The notes: generated by a model not told the origin, from the sequence alone. 61,514 bases of DNA from Aeriscardovia sp. (GCA_017386585.1 JAFNPO010000075.1:1-61514), one strand, 5' to 3'. Shown: positions 1 through 9,660, counted from the first letter of the stretch. Made by a program: numbers and translations.

Positions 1-1
1 G

Positions 2-97
2 GCTCGTTGTCGGGTTATCTTGTGGGCTGGTGTTGTGCTGGCGTTGGTAGCTGCGGGTGCGTATGCGTTGTGGAAGCGGCGTAATAGTGACGAGTGA
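2..97 (+). CDS. 3' end of a gene entering from upstream. It encodes ...AGVVLALVAAGAYALWKRRNSDE*, a hydrophobic helix plus basic tail, as in a C-terminal membrane anchor or sortase sorting signal
   Basis: Frame 2 is open from the window edge to TGA at 95-97. A hydrophobic stretch followed by KRR is typical of C-terminal anchors. Any LPXTG motif would lie outside the window. Confidence 0.4.
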   Translation, partial: ARCRVILWAGVVLALVAAGAYALWKRRNSDE

Positions 98-379
98 ACA
101 CCAACCAACCAACCACTAATCGGCCCGGCTGGACTGATTGTCCACCCGGGCCAAACACCGACGTGCTGGCCAACACTGGCAAAATCCTGAAGCGGTCAGT
201 GTCCGGGGAACGGGAGGCCGACCGCTTTCTCTTGTCAAGAGAAGAAAACGACAATCGCGAACTTTTGTCATCATTTATGAAATGAGTTCTTTTGAAATCA
301 TTATTTGGTCTTCCATAAGGCAAATTGCTTTTGTTTGTTTCATTTTGCCGTGTCAACGCGCGCTTTGCGGCAGCAAACT

Positions 380-1725
380 TCAATGGGCATCGGCATCCCC
401 ATCGCTGGAGTAACCGTCCTTTTCTTCACATCGCAGTTCGACAAGGCCGTAAAGTTCGCCGAGAATCCGGGAGCCTTCATCAGGAGGAGTGGCCGGTTGT
501 TCATCATGACCGACTGGGTTCTTTTCTACTGGCTACTTGTGTTCATGTCCACGCGCGGCGTCAAAGCGTTCTCCAACGTGGCCAAGATTGGCGTGTACGT
601 CGGCACGCTGATTCCCCTAGGCATCAATGCTTATACTTATCGTCTAGCTGTGTGAAGGAAACCGTTCCAACATTAGCTTCGCGCTGCTCCTCTGGTCTCG
701 GCTTGGAAGGGGATCTCCACGCTATTCCTGGCGCCCGGCATACTTTTCAACTATGCGGGCGCTGACATGAACACGCCGCACCTTAAGAACCTTAAAAACT
801 CGAAGAAGGAGTTCCCGAAAGCTACCTTCTTGTCCATGATTCCGGCGTCCCGCATCTTTATCATTGTCACGCTCCTCATTGCTGTGGTCACTCCCGAGAA
901 GCAGACACCGTTCGAGAAACAAATCAACGTTTTTGCACGCCCTCTTCGTGGTTTTCCGCGTCATAGGCGCCACATTGGTATTCCATGGCTTACATGGTTA
1001 TTGCCTAGTCTTTTATCTGTAACGCAAAATCCCTGACTGTGACGAGCTTCGCCGGTTCGTCTGTCATGCTGAGGCAGGCCGCTCGTTCCGGCTTTCTCCC
1101 TAAGGCGTTGCAGAGCTACAACAAGTACGGCATGCCCCCCGAACTCGTGTACGTCCAGTACGCGTTCATGATTCCCTTCCCGTATAGGGTGGAAAATTTT
1201 GCCGAACGTCGAGGGCTTCGCCAGCATGCTCGGCTAAGCTGTCACTGCACTGTATCTGTCCTAACACCATCTTTTATTGCGCACCTGCGCTTGCAGTACA
1301 CGCAACTAAAACGACCGTGCGCGCCGGTGATAGGGTCGGCGCTGGCATCTGCATCGTGGGCTGCATCTGCTGCGCCTTTGGCATCGTATTGGTTACCTGT
1401 CCGCCGGCCCAATGAGCTAGAAAGTTGGCTCGCCGGTCACGGAGGTGGTGACTACATCGCCATCGCGGTCGTTATCTCCGCCGTCGGCGGTGTTCTCTCC
1501 TCCCTCGCTAAGCAAGCGAACGCATACCTCGAAACGACAGGGACCGACCCGAACAACGAGTTCACTCCGGATTGAGAGCCTCAAGAAGCCAATGAAAGGC
1601 CGCTTTGACGTCGATGCCGACGTCCCATCCTCTAACCAGGACCGATAGCTCTGTCGACAGACACTACTTTGCTCCAGGGATGCTTCTTGTGGATATTGAT
1701 CCGCAGATGATCAAGACGCATCAGG
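380..1725 (+). pseudogene. Decayed, 5'-truncated APC-family amino acid permease, paralog of the intact gene at 9933-11645
   Basis: ORF fragments 305-655, 325-765, 767-1036, 1039-1575, 1445-1648 and 1605-1814 lie in different frames. In order, they align to residues ~125-570 of the intact permease. Examples: FAENPGAF...LFYWLLVFMSTRGVKAFSNVAKIGVYVGTLIPLG vs FAEHPQHE...LFYWFLAFLATKGLKVFARVAKYGVVIGSLIPLG, and AARSGFLPKALQSYNKYGMP vs AARAGFLPKWLQSYNKYGMP. There are multiple frameshifts and stops, and the first ~125 codons are absent. Confidence 0.85.
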
Positions 1726-1863
1726 TGCCGAAAACTGAGAACGATTCCACGTCAATCCGGCCAAACGATGGCGTTTCTCGCTATCGCCCGCTCGTATTTT
1801 TTGATAGACCATAACTGAGCATCGCCGGGGTAACTCGGCAGATACTACAACGAAAGGAATGCG

Positions 1864-3216
1864 ATGAAAGAAATCAACGCTGAGGAACTGGCTAAGTTTC
1901 AAAAGGACTTCGAATCCGATCGCAGCAATCGCATCGCGCAGAACGCGGCGAGCACCAATGGAATCTACAAAGCCGCAGAGGACATGAACGCCGTCGACCG
2001 CAACTCCGACGAGAACTTCACCTTCTCCGTGGACGACGTCAAAATCGCTGCCGCCAACCAGAACCACTCCGGACGCTGCTGGATTTACTCTGCGCTCAAC
2101 ACCCTGCGCAACTTCACCATCAAGAAGTACAACCTTCCTGAAGACTTCGAGTTCTCCCAGAACTACGCGAACTTCTATGACAAGTTTGAGAAGTCCAACT
2201 ACTTCTACCAGAATGTCATCGACACTGCCGACAAGCCGCTGAGTGACCGCGGTGTCCGCTACCTCTTTGAGACTCCGCAGCAGGACGGTGGCGACTGGTG
2301 CTTGGCGTGTGCGCTCGTCGACAAGTACGGTGTTGTTCCTAAGAAGCAGATGAACGAGACCAGCTGCTCTATTGACTCCACCGAACTTAATACCGTCCTT
2401 AACCGCAAGCTCCGCAAGGATGGCCTCAAACTACGCGACCTCATCGCTGCCGGCGCAGCCGAGGACGAGGTCGAGGAAGCTCGCAAGCAGATGCTTTCCG
2501 AGGATTACCGGATCCTCGCCATTGCTCTGGGCGTGCCGCCGAAGACCGTCACCCTTGAGTACCGCGATACCACAGACGACAAAAAGTTCCATCAGAGCGG
2601 ACCGATGACGCCGGTAGAGCTCTACAAAGAGTATGTCGGTCTGGACCTTAACGACTATCTCGTCCTCATGAACGTTCCGGACGTTGAGGACATGCCGTTC
2701 GGCAAGACCTACGCCATTCAGTACTCCGGCAACATGGTCGGCGGCCGTCCGAACATTTACTTCAATGCCCCAATCGAACGTCTTGAGGAGTTGACCCTCG
2801 AGCAGCTCAAGGACGGCGAGAATGTTTGGTTCGGTTGCGATGTCCTGCAGCAGTTCGATCGCCAGAAGGGCATCCAGGACCTTGACATCTACGATTTCCA
2901 CGATCTCTTCGGCCTCGATCTCAACTTCAAGAAGGGCGACATGTTCACTACCCGCGAGTCCCTGCCGACTCACGCCATGGTTATTGCCGGCGTCGATATG
3001 CGCGACGGCAAACCAGTCCGCTTCAAGGTCGAAAACTCTTGGGGCGACAAGATTGGCGATAAGGGCTACATGATTATGAGCGAACCCTGGTTCAGGCTTT
3101 ACACTTATGAGTGTGTCGTTAACAAGAAGTACCTGACAGCTGAAGAACTCGCCGCCTTCGACAAAGAGCCGATCATGCTTCCGTTCTGGAATTCCATGCA
3201 GCCGACCACCTGCTGA
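1864..3216 (+). CDS. pepC: Aminopeptidase C (bleomycin-hydrolase-type C1 cysteine peptidase), copy 1
   Basis: 450 aa. N-terminal MKEINAEEL...NRIAQNAASTNG, active-site context QNHSGRCWIYSALN, C-terminal ENSWG..KGY motif. RBS gaaagga lies upstream of the ATG. Confidence 0.9.
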   Translation: MKEINAEELAKFQKDFESDRSNRIAQNAASTNGIYKAAEDMNAVDRNSDENFTFSVDDVKIAAANQNHSGRCWIYSALNTLRNFTIKKYNLPEDFEFSQNYANFYDKFEKSNYFYQNVIDTADKPLSDRGVRYLFETPQQDGGDWCLACALVDKYGVVPKKQMNETSCSIDSTELNTVLNRKLRKDGLKLRDLIAAGAAEDEVEEARKQMLSEDYRILAIALGVPPKTVTLEYRDTTDDKKFHQSGPMTPVELYKEYVGLDLNDYLVLMNVPDVEDMPFGKTYAIQYSGNMVGGRPNIYFNAPIERLEELTLEQLKDGENVWFGCDVLQQFDRQKGIQDLDIYDFHDLFGLDLNFKKGDMFTTRESLPTHAMVIAGVDMRDGKPVRFKVENSWGDKIGDKGYMIMSEPWFRLYTYECVVNKKYLTAEELAAFDKEPIMLPFWNSMQPTTC

Positions 3217-3248
3217 CGCTGGCCTGTGCCATCGTTTTGGCCTCTTGA

Positions 3249-3296
3249 AATGCTCGCGCTTCCTCTTGGAGAGAGGAGCGCGAGCATTCTTATTTT
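3249..3296 (+). terminator. Rho-independent terminator of pepC copy 1
   Basis: aatgctcgcgcttcctct / tgga loop / gagaggagcgcgagcatt gives an ~17 bp stem with one bulge, followed by cttatttt. Confidence 0.75.
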
Positions 3297-3479
3297 CGAT
3301 GTCGGTGAGTGCGTCGCTCCGCCGTGTCTTTTGCTGCTGGATGGAAAGGCCCATTCTTTAGACTCGAAGAAAGTACGCACTTGGACGGCCGATCAAAAGG
3401 AACTCCCATGGGAAGTGTGCTGCTCTAATGCCAGCGCTGCTGTTTCTAATCTCGACAGCGAGGATGGCGACTGAAAACA

Positions 3480-4700
3480 CGCCTGTGACGATGACCTAGG
3501 GGCGGTTTGGTGCCGGAGAAAAACCACGGTGAGGCCTGTGTGTCTCGACTATCGCTCCGGAGGCCACCAACGGGATGTGTGGAGCGCCATCTTGCCTATC
3601 GACTGTTATGGTGCTGCCTACGAGGTTCTAACGGCGCAGAACCTGTCGCTGGCCAGATATCAACCACGACTGGCTGGTCGGGTATTTGTGTCCTGACCCC
3701 GAAGGAGAGGGATATCAGCCGTTTTGAGCGGATGATACCGTTCGACAGCAGTTTCAATCATCATTGTCGAAAGGAGCCGTCCGGAACTCAACGAGGTTCG
3801 TGGCTAGCGTCCTAGGGGATCCGGAAAGTTCTTAAGCAGGATTGAAGCCGCCACCCGCAGCTTTTTGGTCCTCTCCCATGGAGGTTGGTTACCTGTGCAA
3901 GCTGCGGGAAAGGGGTTCTGGGCACATTTGCGCTCATGGCGTTCTTCAGTTTCCAAAACGTTCGAAAACGCAAGCCGTTGGATGGCTGTCAGCTACAACT
4001 GGAGCTGAGAATCTGCCGGACTGGAACGTCCCCGAAGATTCCTACGCTAACGCCGATCGATTCAATGGCACGTGTTCACTAAGTCGTGCGATGGATTTGG
4101 GGTCCTGGATGATACGGAGATCCGTCCCCACACGTCGCCGCCACATATATTGCCCAAACAGCAGTCCGCTGGCGTTAACTGTTGCGGACATTACTTCTGC
4201 TAGAATGGCGCACCGTCTGAGAGTACTTTGGTTGTGGAAACGACGTGGCGAGCGAGCGGGCCGTAGGTCGCTATTATCCATGAGTTACGAGCTTGACAAG
4301 ATCGATCGGGACTGGTTTCGCTTCGGCATCATGAGCCTGATGGACATCGATACTTATGAGTGCCGAAGCGCAACGTTGTCAATTCCTCGCTGCTGCTATA
4401 CGGGAACGGGTTGGGATGAGGGGAACCTACCTAAAGCGGTGATGGTTACGCAGCGCAACACCGTTCGTCTTGACAATCGCGTGGACGGTGGTGCGGTCAC
4501 ACGTTCGACTGCAGTTTAACTTGCGGCAAACGGGTGGGAGAAGCTTGTTCTTCATAACAAGCTGAACTGTCGTTCGACCTCCCATCCCAGGAATGTGTGA
4601 GTCAATCGGTCCTACAAGTATTAACATATTAACACCTACATGGCTCAGGTATGCGATATCGGGAATACGCTACACCTTAAACTAACGTCATCTTCTGCCT
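3480..4700 (+). other. ORF-poor, helix-rich, lower-GC segment: candidate large structured RNA or eroded locus, class unknown
   Basis: The only ORFs (3507-3815, 3842-4519) have a non-protein-like Cys/Trp/Arg-rich composition. Clean helices occur at 3509-3518/3555-3568, 3854-3861/3901-3908, 4319-4335/4353-4370 and 4532-4540/4579-4588, the last enclosing 4542-4549/4556-4563. CGTTCGAC occurs three times exactly and twice more at 7/8. Confidence 0.3.
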
Positions 4701-5327
4701 GACTCTAATGGGTTCCTACGCTCGGCACGGGTAGTAGACTCGTCCAGCGTGGACCGGCAAAGACTCACCGATCAGGTGGAATGGTGTCGACGGCCACTAG
4801 AACGTGACCGGACGGAGCTGGTGCGGCGCACCAGGATGGCACAATACTCCTGTCCTGCTGACGCAGGGCATGGTAGAAATCCAGATTGCTCAGGGACTCC
4901 TCTGCACCAAAAGAAGCAATGACGGTTTCTAGCGGGTCAGACAACGGCTCTGACGGCGCCGCGGAATCCTGGCGTGTTTTATCCTCCACCTCCGTCCGAC
5001 GGGCGTGGCCGTGTGCTTGCTTCAGTGAGCGGTGCCGAGGTCGGTGAGCACAGTCAATCCGTTTGTCGAAGAACGGTCTGCGTCAGCGCCGTGTTCAGAG
5101 AGTACTTCCTTGAGGCGCTCTCTGGGGTGCACTCCTATGGGACAACGATGCCGTTTTGCGTGGCTCCGACAACCATTCTGAAAGTTTCGTCAACAGACGC
5201 GCCGCCGTCCTGTTGGCATGGAGTGCCAAGAGGGCTGGACTGTTCTAAAGGCGGTCTATCTGGCGTCCCTGTAAGAAAGCATGGTAAGACAGGGTAGGAG
5301 GGGAGAAGTGGTGGAAAGGCAGGCAGA

Positions 5328-6158
5328 ATGAGCGGTGCCCAGCACCAGGAGTCGCAAGATGGTGCGAACGGTGCCCCCGAAGGGGAGCGTCTGCGGACAG
5401 AAGCCCAGGGAGACAACACTCCAAGCCAAGATGAGCGCTTCTGCGGCCTGCAGGGTCCGCAGACGGAAGCGCAGGAACTCCAGGACATGCCGGCCGATAT
5501 GTTCACTGCTCCCTGCCTGGAGGCGAAACAGTGTCATCTGACGGCGGCAGCCATAGTTTCGTTAGAGACGTTGCACCATAGCCTGTCACTCGCCGAGGAA
5601 CGTCACCGGCGCATGCGCCCCTGGCGTATCGTCTGCGGCATTATTGCAGTGCTCCTCGCCGCTGTCGTTCCCTACTGGGTCGGCCGTCGTATCGCCATCT
5701 GGCACACTGGCCAGGTGATGTTTGTCCTGCGTTGTATGGACCCCTTGGGCTGGGCTCTGGCCGCATGGACCGTGGTCACCGTGCTCTTCGCCGTCCTTGA
5801 GTTGACCTTAGTCGTGCGGCGGCGCGGATTCCTGTTGGCTCTGGCCCTCGCACTGTTTGCCCTTATCCAGCTGGTATCAGGTGTGTCACTGCTTAAATCC
5901 GACTTCTGGTACGGTACCTTTGCTGTTTATGGGAAAGGAAGCCTCTACGTGAACGCCGTGAACCTGGGAATGATTGCCTCTGCTTCCGGCTTGTTCGTCT
6001 TCTCCATTGTCTTCGTGACGCTGCTGGTGTTCGTAAGGAACGGTTCAAAAGTCAAAATGCTGTTGAGGGGATGGTCGGCCTTTGCGTTCTTCCTCATCTG
6101 CGAGCTCGCCGCTATTTGCATCGTTCTGTTCTGCGGCGTGATTCAGCTCGTGGGGTAA
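5328..6158 (+). CDS. Polytopic membrane protein of unknown function. The start is ambiguous: ATG 5328 or ATG 5613
   Basis: The C-terminal ~180 aa (from [18 protein letters not shown]...) form about six hydrophobic helices. The first 95 codons are Q/E-rich low complexity and may not be translated. Confidence 0.6.
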   Translation: MSGAQHQESQDGANGAPEGERLRTEAQGDNTPSQDERFCGLQGPQTEAQELQDMPADMFTAPCLEAKQCHLTAAAIVSLETLHHSLSLAEERHRRMRPWRIVCGIIAVLLAAVVPYWVGRRIAIWHTGQVMFVLRCMDPLGWALAAWTVVTVLFAVLELTLVVRRRGFLLALALALFALIQLVSGVSLLKSDFWYGTFAVYGKGSLYVNAVNLGMIASASGLFVFSIVFVTLLVFVRNGSKVKMLLRGWSAFAFFLICELAAICIVLFCGVIQLVG

Positions 6159-6300
6159 CAAGCGTCTGCCGTCCCGTGATGCGTACGGTTTGTCGCGGAG
6201 ATTTGGGTATACTGAGGAACTGGCGTGTTTCGCCCGCGGAATCAGAGAGCTCTACTACCCGGTAGACGCACCGCGCAACAAGTCAAGTCAAGGAGGAGCT

Positions 6301-6570
6301 GTGGCACTCAGCAGCGCAGAGAAGCAGGCTATCATCAAAGAGTACGCAACGCACGAGGGTGACACCGGTTCCCCAGAGGTTCAGGTTGCGCTCTTGTCTA
6401 AGAGGATTTCGGATTTGACCGAGCATATGAAAGCGAATAAGCACGACTATCACTCCCAGCGTGGTCTGCTGCTGATGATCGGCAAGCGTCGTCGCCTGCT
6501 CGAGTATCTCAAGGAGGAAGACATCAGCCGTTACCGTTCTCTGATTCAGCGTCTCGGCTTGCGCCACTGA
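6301..6570 (+). CDS. rpsO: 30S ribosomal protein S15
   Basis: GTG start preceded by aaggagg. 89 aa: [35 protein letters not shown]...[20 protein letters not shown]. Confidence 0.95.
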   Translation: MALSSAEKQAIIKEYATHEGDTGSPEVQVALLSKRISDLTEHMKANKHDYHSQRGLLLMIGKRRRLLEYLKEEDISRYRSLIQRLGLRH

Positions 6571-6578
6571 CGCTTCCG

Positions 6579-6609
6579 CCCGGACATCTCGCCGTGTCCG
6601 GGCTTTTTT
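6579..6609 (+). terminator. Intrinsic terminator/attenuator between rpsO and pnp
   Basis: cccggaca / tctcgccg / tgtccggg followed by ctttttt. Confidence 0.8.
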
Positions 6610-6700
6610 GAACCCGGTTCTCGCGGAGACGAAAATCACAGGAAGAGATTGAACCGGGGCAGAGGTTAGAGAAGAAATACAGAAATAGAAGGAGGAACCC
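6610..6700 (+). promoter_or_regulatory. pnp 5' leader, at the position where actinobacterial pnp leader motifs and PNPase autoregulation sites occur
   Basis: 91 nt purine-rich untranslated leader between the rpsO terminator and the pnp GTG. The assignment rests on position only; I could not verify a consensus. Confidence 0.3.
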
Positions 6701-9268
6701 GTGGAGGGTCCCGATATTACGGCGGTTGAAGCCGTCATTAACAATGGAAAATATGGCAAGCGCACGTTGCGCTTCGAGACAGGCCGTCTCGCCCAGCAGG
6801 CGGATGGGGCTGTCGTCGCCTATCTCGATGGGCAGTCTATGGTGTTGTCCACTACCACGGCGGGTTCCAGCCCGAAGGAGAACTATGACTTCTTCCCGCT
6901 GACCGTCGATGTTCAGGAGAAGATGTATTCCGCAGGCAAGATTCCGGGTTCATTCTTCCGCCGCGAAGGTCGTCCGTCCGCCGAAGCCATTCTGGCGTGC
7001 CGCATTATCGACCGTCCGCTGCGCCCGCTTTTCCCGCACACACTGCGCAATGAGGTTCAGGTCGTCGAGACTGTTCTGTCGATCGATCCGGACGACTCCT
7101 ATGACCTTATTGCACTTAACGCCGCATCCGCATCCACTCTCATCTCCGGCATTCCCTTCGAGGGTCCGGTCGCCGGTGTGCGCCTGGCGTTAGTCGATGG
7201 CCAGTGGATTGCTTTTCCGCGCTGGTCTGAGCGCGAGAAGGCCGTGTTCGAGTTGGTCGTGGCTGGCCGTATCACCAAGGACAACGATGTGGCCATCGCC
7301 ATGATTGAGGCGGGCGCAGGTAAGAACGCCTGGCATCTCATCTACGATGAGGGCGCTGTCAAACCGGATGAGGAAGTTGTTGCCGGCGGTATCGAAGCGT
7401 CCAAGCCGTTCATCCGCGTCATCTGCGAAGCTGAACAGGAACTCAAGGCCAGGGCCGCTAAGCCGACTACCGAGTTTCAGCTCTTCCCGGAGTATACTGA
7501 GGAGGTTTACGACCGCGTCACCGACATTGCCCGCGAGGACCTTAGTGAGGCGCTGTCCATCGCAGCCAAGCTACCGCGTCAGGAGCGCATCCATGAGATT
7601 AAGGAGCATGTCCGCGAGGAGCTTGCCGACGAGTTCGAGGACATGGATCCCATGGAGAAAGATAAGGAACTCGCCAACGCCTTCAAGGCGCTCCAGCGCT
7701 CCATTGTCCGTCGCTGCATCCTGACACAGGATTACCGCATCGACGGCCGAGGTCTCAAGGACATCCGTACTTTGTCCGCCGAAGTTGATGTCGTGCCGCG
7801 CGTCCATGGCTCCGCACTCTTCCAACGCGGCGAGACCCAGATTCTGGGTGTCACTACTCTGGGCATGCTCAAAATGTCTCAGCAGACGGACGCCTTGTCT
7901 GGCCCAGACGTTAAGCACTATATGCATCAGTACAACATGCCGCCGTTCTCTACCGGCGAGACTGGTCGCATCGGTTCACCCAAACGCCGCGAAATTGGTC
8001 ACGGCAACCTCGCTGAGCGCGCCCTTATTCCGGTTCTGCCGGACGAGGAGGAGTTCCCGTACGCCATTCGTCAAGTCTCCGAGGCCGTCGGCTCTAATGG
8101 CTCCACGTCCATGGGTTCTGTGTGCGCGTCCACGCTATCCCTGCTTGACGCCGGTGTCCCGCTGAGGGCTCCAGTCGCGGGAATTGCCATGGGTTTGGTC
8201 ACCGGTGAGGTTGACGGCAAGCCGGTTTACAAGACTCTCACCGACATTCTCGGCGCCGAGGATGCTTTCGGCGACATGGACTTCAAGGTTGCCGGAACGT
8301 CCGATTTCATTACGGCTCTTCAGCTCGATACCAAACTCGATGGTATTCCGGCCGACATTCTCGCTGGTGCCCTTGAGCAGGCGCACGAAGCCCGCGCCAC
8401 TATCCTCGAGGTCATCAACGAGTGCATCGGCGAGCCGGCTGATATGGCTGAAACCGCACCGCACATCGTGTCTATGACTGTCCCGGTCGATAAAATCGGC
8501 GAAATCATTGGCCCAAAGGGCAAGACCATCAACGAAATCCAGGAGAAGACGGGTGCCGAGGTGTCCATCGAGGACGACGGCACTGTGTACATCGCCTCCG
8601 AAGGTGGGAAGGCCGCTGCTAAGACGCAAGCTCTTATCGACTCCATCGTCCACCCGCACATTCCGGTGACAGGAGAAAGCTATAAGGGGACGGTCGTCAA
8701 GACCACGAGCTTCGGCGCTTTCGTCAACTTGACCTCGGGTGTCGACGGGCTGCTGCACATCTCTCAGATTCGCAACCTGCGCGACGGTGAGCGCATCGAG
8801 CGCGTCGAGGACGTGCTTGAGGAAGGCGATCAGCTTGAGGTCGTTGTCCAGAGCGTTGACGAGCATGGCAAGATCTCCCTGGCCATCCCGGGCTTCGAGA
8901 ATGAGGATTCCTCCACACGTTCTGAGTGCTTCGATCGTCGTCGCGACGATCGTCATTCCGGCCACTACGACAGCGATGATCGCCGTGACTTCCGTTATGG
9001 CCGTCGCCGGGCGCACCGGGAACGCTACGATGATGACCGTGATGATCGCCGTGACTTCCGTTATGAGGAACGTCGTTCCGATCGTGATCCCCGTTCTAAG
9101 CGTTCCGATCGCGACGAGTATCGCGTGCGTCGCTTCAACCGCCGTTTCGACCGTAATCGCGAGTTTGCAGCCGACGACGATAGCTACCGCGAGTATAGTG
9201 ACGGCCGAGCTGAGCGTTCCATGCGTCCTCGCCGTCGCGTTTTACGCCGTGGCTACGATGAGGACTGA
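6701..9268 (+). CDS. pnp: Polyribonucleotide nucleotidyltransferase (PNPase) with an Arg/Asp-rich C-terminal extension
   Basis: 855 aa. Two RNase PH-like halves, KH ([16 protein letters not shown]) and S1 ([15 protein letters not shown]) domains, then a ~130 aa RD-rich tail. Confidence 0.95.
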   Translation: MEGPDITAVEAVINNGKYGKRTLRFETGRLAQQADGAVVAYLDGQSMVLSTTTAGSSPKENYDFFPLTVDVQEKMYSAGKIPGSFFRREGRPSAEAILACRIIDRPLRPLFPHTLRNEVQVVETVLSIDPDDSYDLIALNAASASTLISGIPFEGPVAGVRLALVDGQWIAFPRWSEREKAVFELVVAGRITKDNDVAIAMIEAGAGKNAWHLIYDEGAVKPDEEVVAGGIEASKPFIRVICEAEQELKARAAKPTTEFQLFPEYTEEVYDRVTDIAREDLSEALSIAAKLPRQERIHEIKEHVREELADEFEDMDPMEKDKELANAFKALQRSIVRRCILTQDYRIDGRGLKDIRTLSAEVDVVPRVHGSALFQRGETQILGVTTLGMLKMSQQTDALSGPDVKHYMHQYNMPPFSTGETGRIGSPKRREIGHGNLAERALIPVLPDEEEFPYAIRQVSEAVGSNGSTSMGSVCASTLSLLDAGVPLRAPVAGIAMGLVTGEVDGKPVYKTLTDILGAEDAFGDMDFKVAGTSDFITALQLDTKLDGIPADILAGALEQAHEARATILEVINECIGEPADMAETAPHIVSMTVPVDKIGEIIGPKGKTINEIQEKTGAEVSIEDDGTVYIASEGGKAAAKTQALIDSIVHPHIPVTGESYKGTVVKTTSFGAFVNLTSGVDGLLHISQIRNLRDGERIERVEDVLEEGDQLEVVVQSVDEHGKISLAIPGFENEDSSTRSECFDRRRDDRHSGHYDSDDRRDFRYGRRRAHRERYDDDRDDRRDFRYEERRSDRDPRSKRSDRDEYRVRRFNRRFDRNREFAADDDSYREYSDGRAERSMRPRRRVLRRGYDED

Positions 9269-9340
9269 TTCCGGTTCTCTGCGGCGTCGGGATGTCGTAT
9301 GCTGAGTTGTTTCGGTCGGGCATAGATGTCTCGTCGGGTG

Positions 9341-9373
9341 AGGGGTCGTGCCCCGAGGGGGCGACCCCTTTTG
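9341..9373 (+). terminator. Terminator downstream of pnp
   Basis: aggggtcg ... cgacccct stem followed by tttg. Confidence 0.65.
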
Positions 9374-9439
9374 CGTTCTCTTTGTGCCTGCTGACCGGCT
9401 TTGTCTGGTGCGGGCGTGTAATTCGTTGCACGCGCTGAA

Positions 9440-9660
9440 ACGATGTGGATCGATTCCGCACAATGAGTTCGCCCCGTTCGCGTGGCAGATTGAGAGGCTG
9501 GACAGGCCCCGCCGTGTGGAATCGGATATTCCCAGTCGGGTTATAAGCCCACGACCGGGATTCGATGGATGGGAATGCCAATCAAGCACTATTTCCTTCC
9601 AGACGTGCGCTGCGGACATCAATCTGCAGATTACCAAGGCAGTGTCCGAGCGGTGGTACT
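9440..9660 (+). pseudogene. Remnant of the C-terminal end of a third permease copy
   Basis: HNEFAPFAWQIERLDRP...IPSRV and, after a frameshift, GMPIKHYF match NEFAPFTWQIEGLSKP...IPTEI...GTPIKHHF at the C-terminus of the intact permease. No upstream body of the gene is present. Confidence 0.6.

Noticed and set aside
2431-3354. 307-aa minus-strand ORF
   Set aside because: It lies entirely antisense to the well-supported pepC gene. It is a typical high-GC shadow ORF with no recognisable motifs.
3499-3900. tmRNA, suggested by the ggggcgg 5' start
   Set aside because: There is no tag-peptide reading frame ending in a resume/stop context, no T-arm (GGTTCGAnTCC), and no ...CCA acceptor-like 3' end.
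3842-4519. 225-aa plus-strand ORF in the unexplained region (and the nested 79-aa MSYELDKIDRDWF... reading)
   Set aside because: The composition is rich in Cys, Trp and Arg, with no RBS and no family resemblance. The region is better explained as RNA or eroded DNA.
3480-4700. RNase P RNA or a group II intron
   Set aside because: There is no GAGGAAAGUCC-type P4 sequence. There is also no GUGYG 5' end, no domain V-like AGC...GNRA hairpin, and no reverse transcriptase ORF.
8135-9016. 293-aa minus-strand ORF inside pnp
   Set aside because: It is antisense to the strongly supported PNPase gene and has no independent signals.
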